Assembly (NCBI GenBank): GCA_964532995.1 | Contig: CAZHJN010000002.1 | Coordinates: 54 to 64,053, forward strand | Reading direction: 5' to 3' | DNA length: 64,000 bases | Source of the DNA: an uncultured bacterium | Lineage (GTDB): Bacteria; Ratteibacteria; UBA8468; B48-G9; DTJG01 | Shown here: one piece after another, positions 61,394-64,000 of the stretch | Layout of the letters: each line of letters starts with the position of its first letter | How positions within the stretch are numbered: position 1 is the first letter of the stretch | Position numbers and translations under genes: made by a program | Notes under the pieces: model-generated | What the model saw: only the letters and a program-made list of their open reading frames with translations | The model's database searches: none | What the model was told of the DNA's origin: nothing

Positions 61394-61975
61394 ATGAGAG
61401 TTTTAACAAAACGTCAGTCAGAGATTTTAAGATTCATCACTGATTTTATAAAAAATAATGGATACAGTCCATCTGTGGAAGATATTAGAAGATTTTTTAA
61501 TTTCAGAAGTCCCAATGCAGTGACAGCTCATCTTCGAAGTTTGATAAATAAAGGTTATCTGGATAAAAAGTCAGGTAAAGCTCGTACATTGAATATAAAA
61601 TCTGGATCTTTTATTTCTGGAATTCCTGTGTTTGGTAAGATTGCTGCAGGCAAACCTGTTCTTATTGAAAATTTTTCTGAAGATTTTTTATTTTCACCTC
61701 ATGAAATGAAAGATGTTTTTGCTCTTAAGGTTAAAGGCGATAGTATGCAGCAGGCATATATTTATGAGGGTGATTATGTGATTGTTAAAAAGAATCTTGA
61801 AATTAATAATGGGGATATTGTTGCTGCTGTTGTTGGAGAAGAAGCCACGGTGAAATATTTCAGGAAAATAAAAAATAAAGTTTTTCTTGTGCCGGCAAAT
61901 CCAACTTACAGTACCATTGAAATAAAAGAAAACCTCATACTTGGCAAAGTAATAGGGGTTTTCAGGAAAATATAA
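61394..61975 (+). CDS. lexA: LexA repressor (S24 peptidase)
   Basis: N-terminal winged HTH (LTKRQSEILRFI...), GDSM Ser-nucleophile and VKK Lys-general-base motifs; 193 aa. Confidence 0.9.
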   Translation: MRVLTKRQSEILRFITDFIKNNGYSPSVEDIRRFFNFRSPNAVTAHLRSLINKGYLDKKSGKARTLNIKSGSFISGIPVFGKIAAGKPVLIENFSEDFLFSPHEMKDVFALKVKGDSMQQAYIYEGDYVIVKKNLEINNGDIVAAVVGEEATVKYFRKIKNKVFLVPANPTYSTIEIKENLILGKVIGVFRKI

Positions 61976-62224
61976 ATGATAACAGATATCAATGAACCTA
62001 TAAGAGTAAAAATGATAATGGGAAGAGGAACAATCAGAATTATTTCGTTGTTCTGGAACAACAGTACTATTCTGGTTGACAGTATAACATATCGCTGGAT
62101 TACAAAAAATGGTATATATCCTTTATTTCATTTTGCTGTATCCTGCGGTAAAAATATTATGGAAATTCATTTTGACCCGATAAGACTTCAGTGGAAACTT
62201 GATAGAATACATATGGAAGGATGA
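61976..62224 (+). CDS. Hypothetical 82-aa protein, translationally coupled between lexA and dinB
   Basis: Its ATG directly abuts the lexA TAA. Its TGA overlaps the dinB start context (ATGGAAGGATGAAATGGG). No known motif. Confidence 0.4.
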   Translation: MITDINEPIRVKMIMGRGTIRIISLFWNNSTILVDSITYRWITKNGIYPLFHFAVSCGKNIMEIHFDPIRLQWKLDRIHMEG

Positions 62225-62225
62225 A

Positions 62226-63467
62226 ATGGGAAAAATTATTATTCATGTTGATATGGATGCTTTTTTTGCATCAGTTGAACAAACATTAAACCCTTTTCTG
62301 AAGGGAAAACCTGTTTTTGTTTCAGGCAATACTGCAAGGGATTCAGTGATTGCTGCATGTTCCTATGAGGCAAAAAGATATGGCGTAAAATCTGGGATGA
62401 GTGTTTTTGAAGGGATTAAACTATGTCCTGATGCGATTATTGTGAGAGGAAATCCTGAAAGATACATTGATACATCAAGAAGAATTTTCAATGTTTTGCA
62501 AACCTTTACAGAAAAAGTTGAACTTTATTCTATAGATGAAGGATTCCTTGAAATTTTTGTTGATGATACATCGGATGAAAGTTTAAGAAAATTGGGTCTT
62601 TCCATAAAACAGAAGATTTACCAGGAAACATCCCTAACCTGCTCTGCTGGGATCTCATGCAACAAAACTGTCGCAAAGATTGCCTCTGATTTATGCAAAC
62701 CTGATGGAATCATGATAGTAAAGGAAGAAGAGATTTATGATTTTATGAAAAACTTACCGGTTGAAAAAGTTCCGGGTATTGGAGCGAGAATGAAAGAGGC
62801 TCTTAATTTAATGGGTATTGAATTTTGCGGTCAGGTTATGAATCTTACTGCAGGTTTATTTAAATATAGATTTGGTGTTAAGGGAGAAGAAATCTGGCAT
62901 CTCTGTCATGGTAGAGGAGAAACAGAGGTAATTGTTCAATCCCCTGAACCAAAATCGTTTGGACATTCATACACCCTGGCATATGACACGGATGATAAAA
63001 CTCTCATCTTAAGCGTTTTATGTCGACTTTCACATCAGGTTGGAACAAGAATGAGGGAGCAGGATTATTACGGCAATATAATTTCTGTAACAGTAAGATA
63101 CAGTGATTTTGAATCTTTTACAAAAAGGAAAACTTATCCATTCTGGTTTAATGATGATAGAACAATTTTCAGAAACGCAAGGGCTATTTTACTTGCTGAA
63201 CAGTTATTGAAAAGGATAAGACTTATTGGGGTGAGTGTTTCCGGAATACAGAAAAAATATCAGATGGGACTGTTCAGAAATGAAAAGGAAGAAATACTGT
63301 TGAAGGCAATGGATTCAATAAATAAAAAATATGGTTCTGATACTGTGTTTCCCTGTTTAATGCTTTATGAACAGATGAATTGCCGAAATGTGAAAAAAAC
63401 ACATGCTTTTATGTTCAGCGATATGAAGAAAATTTCTAAATATCAGGCACCAGAACAGCGGGTGTGA
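62226..63467 (+). CDS. dinB: DNA polymerase IV (Y-family)
   Basis: IIHVDMDAFFASVE, SIDEGFLE, CSAGIS-NK-AKIAS; start at MGKIIIHVDMD. 414 aa. Confidence 0.9.
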   Translation: MGKIIIHVDMDAFFASVEQTLNPFLKGKPVFVSGNTARDSVIAACSYEAKRYGVKSGMSVFEGIKLCPDAIIVRGNPERYIDTSRRIFNVLQTFTEKVELYSIDEGFLEIFVDDTSDESLRKLGLSIKQKIYQETSLTCSAGISCNKTVAKIASDLCKPDGIMIVKEEEIYDFMKNLPVEKVPGIGARMKEALNLMGIEFCGQVMNLTAGLFKYRFGVKGEEIWHLCHGRGETEVIVQSPEPKSFGHSYTLAYDTDDKTLILSVLCRLSHQVGTRMREQDYYGNIISVTVRYSDFESFTKRKTYPFWFNDDRTIFRNARAILLAEQLLKRIRLIGVSVSGIQKKYQMGLFRNEKEEILLKAMDSINKKYGSDTVFPCLMLYEQMNCRNVKKTHAFMFSDMKKISKYQAPEQRV

Positions 63468-63759
63468 ACGGAGCAAATTCGCCTTTTTTCAACCTTTCTG
63501 GTTCAATGTCTATTATTTTAATTGAAAATCAACTTCCTGCTCCTTTATTCACATGGGATAAACATTCCAGAAAAATTTTTTACTTTAGCTCAATTGGAAA
63601 TGTTCTTACTGGCACATAGTTTACACTTTATTCCTGGGAAAAAATTTACCATTTTCTTCATCAAAAAATCCCAGAGTATAACTCATAAAGTTGCGTATCC
63701 CACTATATTTAGAAGTATTTAGTTGTTTCAGGAATTAATAATCCATTTTATCTTATTTT

Positions 63760-63975
63760 TTCTACCTTTCGTAAAGGGGAATTAAGGGGGATTTTAAATC
63801 CACCCCGACCCTCCTTATCCTTTCTTTTCTCCCCCTTTTGTAAAGGGGGATTGAGGGGGATTTAAAGGAGGGAGATTTCAAAGCCATCCCATCCTTCCTT
63901 TACAAAAGGAAGAAGAGAAAGCAATGTTTCCCCCTTTTATAAAGGGTGATTAATAAGGGGATTTAAAAAAGGAAA
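63760..63975. repeat. Three or more imperfect ~35-bp direct repeats, each with an internal palindrome (cccctttt-RT-aaagggg) followed by attRAgggggattta, separated by ~33 and ~58 bp
   Basis: Copies at ~63764-63795, 63831-63870 and 63929-63971. A weaker palindrome copy (cttcctttacaaaaggaag) lies in the second spacer. The cluster reaches the window edge. Confidence 0.5.
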
Positions 63976-64000
63976 TTTTTTTATGATTTTATTTACTATA

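Noticed and set aside
63522-63722. 66-aa ORF after dinB
   Set aside because: No RBS, hydrophobic low-complexity sequence, in the lead-in to the repeat cluster. Probably non-coding.

Overview
This is a 64-kb, AT-rich (by eye mid-30s % GC), gene-dense chromosomal segment from a diderm, LPS-containing bacterium. I could not assign a lineage. Almost every long ORF is assignable. (1) Coordinates 1-11288, minus strand: an LPS/O-antigen sugar locus. It holds a Wbp-like cassette for UDP-2,3-diacetamido-2,3-dideoxy-(glucuronate/mannuronate) (WbpB-like oxidoreductase, WbpE-like aminotransferase, WbpD-like acetyltransferase, WecB/WbpI-like 2-epimerase, GlmU-N-like nucleotidyltransferase), two GT9 heptosyltransferases, GT4 glycosyltransferases and an ELM1/DUF1022 protein. 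Two genes there are decayed: a GT4 gene split by a single in-frame TAG, and a 91-aa epimerase stump. (2) Next on the minus strand: a HisF/HisH-like pair plus a stand-alone GMP-synthase-type PP-loop ATPase, then lpxK, an archaeal-type Endonuclease Q homolog, a HIT protein, the CCA-adding enzyme, and fhs-folD plus an FtcD-like cyclodeaminase. (3) Plus strand: leuA-leuC-leuD-leuB, bioY, DUF1284, asd. (4) Minus strand: DUF192, apt, a sigma-70-family factor, alaS, recX, htrA, a Gfo/Idh/MocA oxidoreductase, recA, thpR, a membrane protein, ilvC-ilvN-ilvB (clean TTGACA-17-TATAAT promoter), purA, and a second IDH/IPMDH-family dehydrogenase with an orphan LeuD-like subunit. (5) comF, then on the plus strand lptF-lptG-glyS-glyA-dCMP deaminase-glutaredoxin-like-recJ, with convergent rpmB. 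(6) A second polysaccharide locus on the minus strand (O-antigen ligase+TPR, polyprenyl-P sugar transferase, three GT4). (7) tRNA-Ala(TGC) with no encoded CCA, a 441-aa hypothetical protein, and a lexA-orf82-dinB SOS operon whose promoter carries an E. coli-type LexA box (CTGT-N8-ACAG). (8) At the 3' edge, a cluster of imperfect ~35-bp palindrome-containing direct repeats that may be the degenerate end of an array continuing outside the window. The candidates most likely to be new are the GuaA-type PP-loop/HisH/HisF triad embedded in the acetamido-sugar locus, the bacterial EndoQ homolog, the tRNA-hypothetical-lexA-orf82-dinB module, and the terminal repeat array. Coordinates follow the supplied ORF track, with start sites adjusted where an internal start is clearly better supported.
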